DNA of 64,000 nucleotides from Eledone cirrhosa. Its lineage: Eukaryota. The stretch spans positions 13,268,001 to 13,332,000 of the forward strand of contig OZ024743.1 in assembly GCA_964016885.1 (NCBI GenBank), read 5' to 3'. Position numbers and translations under genes: made by a program. Below are positions 1-12,538 of the stretch, piece by piece. The notes under the pieces were generated by a model. The model searched no databases. It saw nothing but the letters and a program-made list of their open reading frames with translations, and had not been told where the DNA came from. Within the stretch, counting starts at the first letter, position 1. Each line of letters starts with the position of its first letter.

Positions 1-3000
1 TATTAGATGATGAGAAATTCCATCAATTATCCTCACAACTAATTACTTCGCCGTTTCAGGGATCACAACTCTCTTGCAGTTTCCATTAGTTTTTCTCTCT
101 ACATATATACTATACGAATACATCATATGGTACAATGATATTAATGCAAAACATATTAACTACCATCCTGTAAATGAATTGCAATTGTATATTCTAGATC
201 ACCAATTCTTTTGACAAAATTTGGTGTTGTGAATCCTTGAAATATATTCTGCACACGAAGTGCAAATATTTTGTAATTATTAAATTAACCTTATGGGATT
301 CATGAAAGAGAACGCAAAATATCCCTTATTTTGTTCACCTACCTATATTAATTGAGCCCATTTCAATATCGTGGATAATGTTCGCTGTCTTTAGTGTCTA
401 GAATGTATAAACATCATGATTCGAAGCAGTGTTGTTTATATCCTTTATTTGTGGAAGTTATGCTTTCTGCAATCCCTACGTACTGGTACGGATTTTATGC
501 TTCTGTTATAATTACATAGATCATAGATGACAAATAATCATGTAAACATTTTGCCTTCGAGTTGAAGTCATTACATAGACACTTGATCCGGTAAAAATAA
601 TAACTAAATCACTTTAAAATAACATTTAACCTTCCTCAGAATACGAAAGATACATTGGATAAGCTAATCATAAATACACGATGACTGCCATGGTTCAGTC
701 CTCTTTCTAACACTTTTGATCATTTATTTAGTAAATCGGATCTGATCCGTGTTGCAAAACGCCACGTCAATTTACTGATATTTTGTTGTTGCTTCTTAAA
801 ATAAGAGAATTTGAAATAGTAAGAAGGTAGTAATAGTAAATAGGATAATATATATCATATTGTTGGGATACATTAGCCCCTGTAGACTAAAGGACCATGG
901 GTTTTACTTAATGAGATCAACTAATAACTGACTGTGACGTCAATCTTCAATGGAGAATGTCTTATTTGTTTATTTGATTTGATACACATTTACCCCCCCC
1001 CCCCCTTCATGTGTAGACTTCGAAATGTTATTTTCATTTCTTCTTTACATTAATTATTTATGTATTGTGGTGTGCAGGGTTGGTATAAGTAATATGTGCA
1101 GCCATGACCTGCTTTTAGATGTTTCTTCCGCTATTTTGCAAACCCACAAGTTTATCTATCCACAAATCCTGAACTATCAATTCATTCATTTATAACATAT
1201 ATCTGCGTGTTTATGATTAAGGTTTATTGTACAATGTTTTATTATTAATAAAAAGAAAGAGCATGACATAAAGTATCATCCAATAGCTTTCAAATCCAGT
1301 GTTACTGGAGGAGTTTCAATGCTATATGTACTGCTAATTGTTCAAAGCTCAATAGCATATAGTGATCACTATGTTGTCAGGTAATGGAAATTTCAACAGA
1401 AATTATTAACAGAAATGCTGATTTTTCAATATTTGTTTAAACGATTACTGTCTTTTCAATTTTACTTTCCCTGCGTTGCTTACGCAAATGTTATCACAAA
1501 TGCTTTTAAATTCATACTGTACTCCACTTCTTTAATAAAAAATGTAACTATCCTACATAATCAGTCTGGGCTCATTGTTGATCGTGGAGGTATCTTGTTC
1601 ACCTTATATTTAGAAAACATTCCCTCCTCTTGTAATATATAACTAAAAGTTACAAATATTTTTAATCAATTACAATATTAGGCACACTACCAGCCAATTT
1701 ATTGAAAAAAAATAATTCAAAAATATCATTTGGATATCTCATAGCTACAATTTTACCCCTCGTAGGGTTTCCTCTTATTTGGCAATTGTAGTGAATTAGT
1801 GTCAGAATTGCTTTCGTATCCTGGAGTTGAAACCAGTTTTTGACAGGTTTCGAGTATCTTTATGCATATTCTCTGTGCTAATTTAGTAATATTATACAAG
1901 AAGTTACATACGACTTACTCTTTCCATTTGTTCACATATTTCATTGACTGAAGCTTTAATTGTATACAGAAGTGGGGCATTCTATTTAATACGTAAATAT
2001 TAATTGTGGCTCTTCTCATGATAAACTCCTTCACCCCTAAAGGTACAGTATTCATAATCTGTAAATTCATTTCTCTATTTCTAATATTGTAGATATTCTT
2101 GCAACGTCTCTTATTTGATGCAAGTTACATATTATATATTCCAATGCATCTTCGGTTTGCACTCTCTTGCAAAACTTTTGTTGGTGACTTTTATTGTTGA
2201 AGAATGACTAAAATATCAAATCACTCGTCGTTTCGAACTTACTAATAACGTTAATACCATTTAATTGGCTTGGGCAATTGTGATGTGGTTTCCAAAGATC
2301 CAGTAAGAAACAAATTTTGAAATTGAATGAACACGGCATCCGACGTTTCCCCTTTTGTATCATTTAATTAATTCAATAAAACAGTTTCAATACGTTATAT
2401 GCGTATACTCAACCAATGCTTCGAACTCTGAAAACCGTTTGTACTAATTAAAAGGTAAATACAGTAACCTCCATGCAACAATGCACTGAATCATGTACAA
2501 CTAGCTTTACAAAAAAAGGAAAGGAAACATACCCTTGGTTTCAGGCTTATTTTCTCGTTTGAAATACTTATATGTACCTTTCATTTTACTTCCATTATCG
2601 TAGCATAATGTCAAAATTTAAGGACATGTTTTTCAACTCTGTTGAACAAACCTCTGTTAATTCATTAATAATAATGAATGCGATAAAACGATTTCTGATG
2701 GACTGAGTTGTGAAAGGCAATTGAGAAGACTGTATGAATACAAAATATTTAATAATTGTCATCTGTTTTGTATAGCGACATCAGTCGTTTAATCAAACAT
2801 TAAAGAGAAATATTCTCCATTTTCCAGTCTGTATAATCTTGAAATGATTGCATTAGTTAATTTCAGTAAGTTTATTTAGAATGATTTTTGACAAGATAAT
2901 ATATGCTCAGTTTATTGTCGCTTATTTTGCATAGATATTCAATAATCACAGGATTAAGTAGAGCTTATTTCAGGAAATTTCCCCTTTGTTGAGCATACAA

Positions 3001-5183
3001 AGTATCATTGGATCCACGTAAATCAAAATTATGCTCTGTCAGGACTTTTATTAATACGATCAATATTTCTAAATCTGTGTGCCAATATTTCTGTTTCTTT
3101 TCCAATAAGTGCAGCAGTCTATTGCTTTACCTTCTTTTATCCCGAATTCCAGTTCCATCCATTTCTAGTAATTATTAATGGGATTAAGTATTTTCTCATG
3201 CAGCCCTAACAGAGCGTCTATATTGTGCCAATCGTTACCGATCTTGTCAAACAATACCCAGACTTTGCTTAAAGTAGCATTAGTAAATATCGCGCAACAG
3301 AAACAAAAGACAGAACTGTGGATATCAGATATTGTAATCTTCTTTGTTGGCAACATCACTATTGGCAAGATTTCTGTTGAATATTCTATTGTCATTTTGA
3401 GAATTAAATTTCTGCTCTCACTGTTGCCCATGTTTGATGATAAAGTATCTCAGTGATGCATTTTGCTGAACAGTTGACAAGTCGATTTCATTTGATTCAT
3501 CTGTGATTCTTACATAACTATTTGAAAGTTAGTTCTTGATATGTAGCTGCAAAATTCTTTATATTCTTAAAGATATAAATTTTCGATACTCACACTTGTG
3601 CTAGTTTTCTAATGTTCCAGTGATGTTTTATTCTCATATCATAGTGTAGAACTAGAACAGGTCCTTTTGCGGAGAGTCTTTCTTTTATCTTTTTTTGTTG
3701 TTGTCTAATTTACCAATATCGGTGACTATTGTATAATGTACATTAAATGATGGGAATGTATCCAATGACGAGCCCGAAAAATATTTCTATCCTGAAAACC
3801 ATAATTCCCAAAATATTTATACTCTGAAAACCAGAATTTGCAAGAGATTCACTAAATCCCTCTTCACTTGGAACAATTCTAGTGTTGTGAATTTCCTATA
3901 AAACTACATATTTTTTAATAAAAACATTCCCCGTCGATCCAATTCACAACCCAAATAATGGTAGGAAATTCATCATCGTCACCCACCTCCAACAGAAATG
4001 TGTGTGCGCATTTCGTTAAACATATTATTTATAAATTGTTTGGTTGGAAATATATTTCTGAGAAAACATTCTTTGTACAATGTTAATAAATATAGAGCTA
4101 AGAATCGCTTCTTCGAAAAGAATTTCATATTTATAAGCGCAAATCATGTTTTTAAATTGTTGTGAAGTATGTTCCCTCATCTGAAAAGATGTGGCATGTC
4201 TTTCTGAGCAATGTTTGAAGTAGTATTTTAACTTATTCTATTAAGACAGCGGATAAAAATCACAAAATCAATTAAATCGTATGGCCATGGAGCAGGATGG
4301 ATACGAACTCTGTTCTTTAAGTAAGTCAATTTCAATTCTGCCTTCTCCCGAATCAGTTAATCAATCTGTCGAAAAAATGTTCTTCAAGATATATACACAA
4401 TGTTTACATTATAAATATCTATGTAAGAATACTTTTATCATAATACACTTAATATTTGACAAAACGCAACATGGAATAATTGATTTACCTTATGGTGATT
4501 CCTGTTAATGCTTTTATGGGTTTACGAATAAGACATATTTGCAGCGTATAATCAGATCTATGAAAGAACGCTACAGCTTAAACATTTATATTTTGTTTTC
4601 GATAATGCGTTGTAAAAATATTTGCTCGGACCACTCAAAGGATGTATAACTGATTTACATGAAAGATAGTTAAATAGCATATTATATAGATTGATCTAAA
4701 AGGTATTGGAAAATTGCATTGTACATGTATTCTCGGTGGATAGGTGAGCAAAGGCCATGCATTTACTATTTGGCATACAATTTATTCTTGTATCAGATGC
4801 AAGAATGCAATATGTTACTGTATACTGCAAATTATCTGTTGTTTCTTTCCCTCTTTTGTACAAGGGAAACAGCTTTATGCAGGGTTTACTGAAGTATACA
4901 GAAGAATCAAAAAGAAAGTTAACTGCACTCGCGTCGTGGAAACATAAAAAAACTTACCAAAACGTGTGTAGAAATATATAAGTACAAATGTAAAGGAAAA
5001 AAATAGGAAAGTGAGAAAGGGAAAGCTAAATGAAAAAGAAAGCGTAAGTTAGCGCTTGTTTAGTTTATGATATGTTTTTATATCATCCTTTTAGAGACTC
5101 TGTGATCTGGATGTTATCTTGTAAGATAAATACATAAAACATAGATTATTTCATTGTACTGCAATCAATGTATAGACTACATC

Positions 5184-7332
5184 ATGCTCATGAAAAAAAC
5201 AATTTGTTTTCATTTGCCACTATCCTCTGTTTGGGCGTCAACTATCTCGGTTAAGGCCTTTACGAAACGTTCGAACCTGCTTCTTGAACAAGACTGAGAC
5301 CTGTTATTTTTGCCTTTCTCAGGTACATGATCATATCGCCCCTAAAATTTGTCCATTAGTGTCGTTCAATACTATTAAATCGCTACATACTGCTATCACC
5401 TATTTATGTCCGTGCAAACAGCAAAAGGGACTTAAAATGAAACAACTGAATTTTGATAACCAAGCGCTTAAATGCCTACATTTTGATTCTTCAGACGATG
5501 TTAAAACCCAGAGAACCATACCTAATGCATGTTTTTCGAAGGCACCACCGACTCCAGTCGAGAACCCAGTAATGGTAGTATATTCTTCGTCTGCTGTAGA
5601 GTTATTGGGATTAAGAGTTGAAGACATTGAAACTAGTGAAGCCGTGGAATATTTCAGTGGTACTAAACTTATGAAAGGTTCACAACCAGCTGCCCATTGT
5701 TATTGTGGTTATCAGTTTGTTTTATTTTCAGGTCAACTTGGTGATGGTGCTGCCATTTATCTCGGTGAAGTTGTAAATGAAAACAATCAAAGATGGGAAA
5801 TACAGTTAAAAGGTGCTGGCCTCACACCTTTCTCTCGTGGAGCCGATGGCAGAACAGTTTTGCGCAGTAGTATTAGATAATTTTTATGTAGTGAGGCTTT
5901 TTATTACTTGGGTTTTCCTACCACCAGAGCTGAAACATGTATAACATCAGATTCTACAGTTATAAAAGATATGTTCTACACAGGCGACTCATGCCACGAA
6001 AAATCTACCATCATCCTCCGCATTGCACCAACATTTCTCCGGTTTGGATCATTCGAAATTTTCTGAGATGAAGATAGTTTGACCCATCGATCTGGTCCAA
6101 GTTCTGGTAACAAGGAAATACTATTACAGCTGTTACAGTCTATTACAGTCAAGTCATTTTACCCTGAGATATGGTCAGAACATGAAAATAAAGAAGAAAT
6201 GTATTTGAATTTCTACAGAGAAATTGTAAAAAGGACAGCAAAACTGGTGGCAGCTTGGCAATGTGTTGGATGGTGTCATGGAGTATTGAACACTGACATC
6301 ATGAGTATTTTGGGTTTAACATTAGACTATGGACCGTCTGGATTCATGGACATATTTAATGAACATTTCATGTGTAATGCTTCTGATGGAGAAGGCCGAT
6401 ATTCCTACAGTAAACAACCAGAGATTTGTAAATGGAACTGCCATAAATTGGCTGAAGATGCTATACCACTTGATAGAACGTTACCTGAGTTAGAAAATAT
6501 CTTTGACATGATATTTGATGAGGAATACTATGGACTGATGAAGAAAAAGCTCAGCTTCCAAAAAGATCACAAAGATCTGAACAATATTGTTAAAGAACTT
6601 CTGAAAACTATGGTTTCAACGGGACCAGATTTCACAAACACTTTCCGTTTCCTGAGTAAATTAGCTGTTTCTGGTGAAAAAGGCCTTAACATAGATGAAG
6701 CTGTTGCGTATCTTGTTTCAAATTGTTCAACCATAGATGAACTAAAAGCTGACTGTCAACCTCGAGTAAATTCAAGATATTTTAACTTAGTTTTGGCAAT
6801 TGCTCAAACCAACCCCAAATTATTACAACGACTGGGACCAGATGTCCGTAAAGTTTTTAAGGAGCTGGAAAGGATTGAAAAAGTAAAGAAACTTGCTGAC
6901 AGGACTCAACAAGAGAAGGAACAGAGTGACCAGACAGAATGGAGAACTTGGTTGGAACAATATCTTCAGTTGTTACAAACCGAGGCCAGTGACGAAGAAA
7001 ATTTGGAAGAATTCTGCAAAAAAAGGGTCCGAATTATGAATAGTATTAACCCGAGGTTTGTACTCCGCAACTATATCGCAGAGAATGCCATAAAGGCAGC
7101 AGAAACTGGTGATTTCTCCGAGGTGCACCGTGTCTACAGTCTTCTACAAAATCCATATTCTGACAATGTAGAATTAGATACTATTTCCACAAACAAAGTA
7201 GAAGCCACTTCAAATATTGACAACACTGAACAAGCTGTTGAGAGTTCCTCAGAATGCAGTATGTCTGGATTCAGTTACGACTCTAAACCTCCAAGTTGGG
7301 CTTATGACATACGTGTTTCTTGATCTTCATAA
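5184..7332 (+). pseudogene. SELENOO: Processed (intronless) pseudogene of selenoprotein O (SelO pseudokinase / protein AMPylase)
   Basis: ORFs 5284-5880 and 6079-7323 are in the same frame. The gap between them translates to FLCSEAFYYLGFPTTRA...IAPTFLRFGSFEIF. SelO motifs: FDN, AHCYCG, GQLGDGAA, WEIQLKGAG, DGRxVLRSSIR, WCHGVLNTDxMSI, LDYGP, NPRFVLRNYIA. Premature stops TAA 5878-5880 (expected E of RSSIRE) and TGA 6064-6066. Ends GTT TCT TGA TCT TCA TAA (V-S-Sec-S-S-stop). No introns. The start is inferred through a 1-nt frameshift in an A run. Confidence 0.93.
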
Positions 7333-7642
7333 ATTACCATTCTATATTCAGCACCATTGAAGCACTCGATACACATAAATATATGTTACTAGTTATTTAC
7401 TATACATATCACTTCTGTTAACAGTAACATTACATGTCATAAGTTTACCTCTTCTCACATCAAATTTAATGTCTCTCAATTCCTACAGAAACAACATCAA
7501 TTTCCATTCTATATTATTAAAGTATAAATCTATGTTGAACTAAGGAATCGAAGGACAAAGATCTGTTCTAGTTTTTATTACTATGGCAGATGTATATTTT
7601 AGAAAATATTTCACACATTACAGAATTAACGAAATTTGAGAT

Positions 7643-7720
7643 ATCATGTAGTCCAAAAGTGATATTTAGTGTGAAGTGCTTCTTTGGTGTTGAAATAAAC
7701 CAAAAATAGATTGCAATGGT
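7643..7720 (+). promoter_or_regulatory. Candidate degenerate SECIS element in the SELENOO retrocopy 3' UTR
   Basis: GTGA (7659-7662), 11 nt, AA (7674-7675), 22 nt, then AA where GA is expected (7698-7699). The flanking ATCATGTAGTC can pair with GATTGC(A)ATGGT. Folded by eye and relies on many G-U pairs. Confidence 0.3.
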
Positions 7721-8158
7721 TGTTCCATTTATGGATTATACTTGCAACTTCCTAACTAACCATGCCCTGTATAGTTCTCAGAAACCCAGCTTCTCAAGAT
7801 TTGTACTTAGTAACATATTTGAGAGCCTCAGTTATCACAGGTACAAATCATCATCATTTTACGTCCGCTTTTCCCTGCTTCAAGGAAAATGTATATATGT
7901 GGTTTGTATGAAGCTGCGGTATATAAGAGGGTATTGGGGGAAACCAGTACAATGGGAATAGGAAATATAATGATGGAATTAAATCAATATTTTAACTCTA
8001 TATATTTCAAAATTAGAATCTATTTTTCAAATGATGAAAAGGGAAATTCTTTTCTCTCTTTCATCCAAAGTGTGAACCTAATAACACTAATTGTTTTTCT
8101 ATCTCTGTAATTAAGGTACTTAAAACATTAGTAGAATGTAAACAACAAGTTTAATATA

Positions 8159-8270
8159 GAAATGTCTTCTACAGGACTATAACTGTTTCATTCGAAAGAA
8201 ATCATCAAGAAAGCCCTTTCCTAATGATTTCTTTCGAATAAAACAGTTCTAGTCTTGTAGAAGACATTTC
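8159..8270. repeat. Foldback palindrome (55-bp arms, 2-nt loop) whose arms carry a decayed hammerhead core; probable Penelope-like pLTR relic
   Basis: 8159-8213 and 8216-8270 are reverse complements with 5 mismatches. The arm consensus reads CTGATGA-TTTCTTTCGAAT-GAAAC. Confidence 0.8.
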
Positions 8271-8859
8271 ATATTTTCATATATATATATATATGAATTC
8301 AGTCACATATACACAAGCAGAAAAACATAGAATAGAGTAAGAAAATCGAGTGTAAAGGACTGTGTGTAAAGGAGACATGTATGAGTGAGAGTAAGAGCGT
8401 AGGAGATAGAGGATAGTTTTATATTGGACCAACAAATGCTTAGCATCTTTAGAAATCACTCTTGCTTCATCTGTTTCACCACATTAGCTCTTTTGCCCTG
8501 GGGGCGCCTGGGAGTAGAGATTATTTTGTCCATGTATTTGCGATAAATGTCGATGTTTTACATAAAAAATTGAAACACTTTCACAGAATGTACCTATTAT
8601 TCGTCAATGTTCGGTTTCAGTGGAATGTTTTAACTTCTTGATGTAATTGTGAACAAACCCTACTATTTCATATTACACATCTTACAATTAAGTTTCTGGG
8701 TGAGTGAGTGAAAATGGTGTATTGGTCTTTGATAGTAGAGCATTACAATCCGTCAGTTTAATAGACATCCGCCGAGTCGCTATTATTTCACGATAGTAAA
8801 TATGCAAATATACACAATCTATTATTTAAATAGAACGTGGGGCAAAATCCTTGTAGTAT

Positions 8860-9270
8860 TTAATTACGACACTACGTTGTGAGTTGAAATCCTGCCGAGG
8901 TCAGGTTTGCGTTTCATCATTCTGAGATCGATAAAATAAAGCACCAAGGGTGATTTAATGGATTCCCCTTCCCACAAAATTGTTGGTCTTGTGCCTAAAT
9001 CAGAAACCATTATTTCATCCATCAACTGAGTTTAGCTTTGACTTTCATTCTTACGGGGTCGATTAAGTAAAGCAACAGCAACGCACATGTGTCAATCTAA
9101 TCGACTTCTTCCCCCCTTCATAATTGCTAGCCTTGCTCCAAAAGTAGAAACAATTATTTCATCTTTCTGGGGTCGATAAAATATGGTAACAGTTAAGTAC
9201 TTGGGTTGATATAATTGACATGCCCCCTACCCACAAAATTGCTGGCCATGTGCTATTATTAGGAACACTT
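8860..9270 (+). mobile_element. Cluster of three degenerate Nin-type SINE fragments
   Basis: Repeated variants of TTTCATCCTT.CGGGGTCGATAAAATAAAG.ACCA and AATTGCTGGCCTTGTGCC..AA.TAGAAAC.ATTAT. Confidence 0.7.
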
Positions 9271-10407
9271 GTTTCTAGTATGCAGGTCTTTTGCTACTGT
9301 GCTAAATTCGATCAATAGGTAAAGTGAAAAGATAATAGAAGCACGAATTATGATCGCAATAAAATTATAATAGCTCATTATAATTCTAAATTGCATTCAT
9401 AATATAAGTAATAATCATAGTGAATATAATAACCACAATATATCTCATAATAATAAGTTTAGAGTCATAATAAAATTGTAATAACAATTAAATTATAATC
9501 GACATTAAATTACAATCAGAAATTATTATCGTAAATTATAATTGTTGTAGCACATCATATAATTTAGAAATGTAATGATTGTAAACGTTTTCCATGAAAT
9601 AAACCACTTCAAATATTAAACCAGCCATCTTAATCATGCTTCATATATAAGAAACCAATATTACAGTCACAATTCTGAAACGACCATGATATTTTTAGAC
9701 TATTAGGTCTATCTTCAGAAAAAAAAATTTTGCTAACATTTCAGTCTCTATACATGCATAGAAATCAGTTTCTCTACACTTTCTAATGAGTATGAACCAG
9801 TGAGTGAATTTCTATATGCTTACACCAACTGCTAATATCTCCCTCAAATTTCCAACAAGCGTCTTTATAAAATAGAAGTTTGCATTGAAAAATGAAGCCC
9901 GGTGTATATTATGCCAGAGATTGCAACGGCCGAACTATAAAAAGTCGATACAGAAAAATAAATAAACAACATGCATATCAACATCAGATGTGAGAAAACG
10001 CATAGAAGATGACAGCCCACGCACAATACAAAAATAAATACCGAAATTTAGGATCATTGCAACACCTGAATCACACTGACAAACAATGGAACGTTTCCCC
10101 AAACCCCTTAAAAATAATTCATATCATACAATAAAGTAAACGAAAGTACATAATCATAAACATTAAATATATATATATATACAAAACAGTCGAGTGAGCC
10201 TAGAAAATACTTTAGCATCAACAAAGGCATGATGGAAATCTCTACGTGCTCACGCTATTTGCTATAACTTCCTAATATATCTCGAATAACACACCATCGC
10301 CTTAAATATAGAAACACAGGATAATGTAGTTCTTTTCAACATACGGAAAAAAACAGGATGGTCCCTGGTGGTAGATCTTTAATAATAGTTTTATTCGATC
10401 AAGGCTA

Positions 10408-10526
10408 AAATGGGTATAGCTTTAATTATGTAGAATCTCCCCCTTTTGCCTCATTTCTCCCCGTTTTGGGGCACACTTTTTCATGGTACTCCTCTCCGTT
10501 TGGGTTTTTAGAGGTTGGCAGGTCTG
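10408..10526 (-). mobile_element. Partial hAT-like MITE, same family as 59939-60126
   Basis: Reverse-complement similarity to about 59941-60055 (CTCTAAAAACCCAAACGG, GGGGAGAAATGA, AGCTATACCCATTTT). Ends in the terminal repeat GTTGGCAGGTCTG. Confidence 0.7.
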
Positions 10527-10799
10527 GGTTATGTCATAAGGTAGTGAGTCTGGGGAATAAGATGTAGATAATACATTATGTATAGATCGAAACATGGAGA
10601 ATGAACCTAGTGTGACAGTGGATAACAAAATTTGTTTGCGGATCATTGGCTTCGATAAGAGGAACCATCGCTTTGAAATTAGATTGCTTAACGAATGATT
10701 TCATGACTATGGGTTTAAATGTAGCTTTCAGTTTGTCTAAGGCTTTCCTTTCTTTACGTTTTAGAAGTTAGCACTCAATTGTAAGCGTATCTTACGGTA

Positions 10800-10990
10800 A
10801 AAAATTGCAAATTTTTCAATTCATATGTTGCAGATACTCCTTACCTATGCTCATTCACCTTCTGTTCACATCAGACTTAACACTTTAACGATTCCATCAT
10901 CACTCTCTAGAATTATTTCCTCTCTCCACCAAGTATTTTACATTAGGTTCTGACCTAGAGGAATTCAAACGGAACATCACTGTCATCAAT
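10800..10990 (+). mobile_element. Highly decayed CR1/L2-like LINE 3' end
   Basis: Interrupted translation HIRLNTL...SDLEEFKRNI resembles the C-terminus of CR1/L2 ORF2. Weak match. Confidence 0.3.
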
Positions 10991-12538
10991 AATACTATTC
11001 TCCGAGGGTACTTGCAAAGTTCATTGGTAATGTTCCCCCACTTTAAAAGTTATCTATATCTGTTTCATAAGTGTGATCAAAGAAACCTACCCTAACACAC
11101 TCAAACTAAGAGTTTGTTTAAACCCAAATATAAGACATTTGCTGATTCCAATCTGAGTACCAGTTATGACAGCAACGGCGATCTCTATTTCCCAGCAAGC
11201 CTACTGAACTACATACCAGCATACCAACAATCATCTAAACAAAGGTTAACAAGAAAACTGTTTAAAAGTTATGTGCGTCGGTAATGAACTCAGAGAAAAT
11301 ATCTACCATCTTAACTGAAATGATTTTCAGTTCAATTTCTGATTAGAATACATTAGAGCCAATCTTGTTTATTTCTGTAAAATACGATAATATGAAAAAT
11401 ATATTCTATTAATTGCTTAACGTAACGTATGAGTTGAAATAAAGAAAATGTTAGAGGTATTCGAGACAGCACAACACCGAATTTCAAATGTCGCATTTAT
11501 AAGTTTAAATGGTGTAGCGACACCCTAGGCCTTTCCTCACTGAGACACCAATAAGAAAACAACCAATTATATGTCTCAGATTTGTTGACGTATTGCAGTC
11601 AATCGTTGTCATTGGATATATAGATAGAATCTTTTAAATATTACAATCATTCTATTACAATTAATTAATGCAAAATTTTAATGGAAATACTAAAATTATT
11701 AATTATTTCATTTCTAAGATAGTAACGTAACATATAATTCGTATATATAAATTTATGCAGGAAGATTGTTTTTAAATAGGAAAACTTTAAATTGGGTTCT
11801 TTTGTTTCATAGAACCAGACCGAGTTTTAGTCGAGTTTGTACTTTAGTTTGGATAAATTCTTAAGTCATGTGAATAGCTTACTGAGTTTTCGAGCCAGAC
11901 GCATCATTAGAGAAAACACAGGATTTCTCTCTTTTATACGAAGGCAGACTCTCCTCGCTTCTTCACAACGTATGAAGTTATTTAAAGCTATGAATTTATC
12001 TAAATTATTTTGTTCGGCGCAAACCACTACCAGCTTTTCAGTACTCTGACTTCTGTGTTTTGTTGTTTTTAAATATTCAAATATTTAGACTTGAAGCAAA
12101 TTGCAAGATATCAATATGTTACTTAAATCATCACAGGTTTATGTAAATAAATACTAGAAATACATTGAAACTGAATTCTTTGATTTTCTAATTTCAAATA
12201 TTTAGGCTTTAAGCAAAACATAAAAATCAACGTGGTGGAATTAGTTCCATCATCAAAATTATTTACCAAGAAAGTAGCTTCTATATGGTTTAGTAAACAT
12301 GTTAGAAATAGCAGAAAATGACGAAATAGGTGGAATGGAATTGATCTCACAGAATACTGGAGCAGCCTGCTCCAGTGAGACCTGAGTTCAATGCTACTGA
12401 TTGTGTGCATGGGGTATCTGTGTGTGTATGTGTGCTAACAGCATATACACACATCAGAGGGTGAAGCGTTAGTCAAATTCACTTTACTGTATTTATATGT
12501 ATATAAACCCTGCCCCTCAAAAAACTATATATATATAT

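Noticed and set aside
3100-3170. Possible Walker-A / SecA-like motif (LLEMDGTG...EGK) on the minus strand
   Set aside because: Needs a frameshift and has the wrong spacing; could be chance.
4281-4981. Cluster of three short plus-strand ORFs upstream of the SELENOO copy
   Set aside because: Different frames, no recognisable motif and no similarity to SelO; cannot be supported as a gene.
6064-6066. Internal in-frame TGA as a second selenocysteine
   Set aside because: It aligns to a basic residue after FEIF rather than a Cys site, and lies downstream of a TAA stop; most simply a nonsense mutation.
8031-8065. ATGA-containing hairpin as a SECIS
   Set aside because: No 3' GA to form the G-A quartet.
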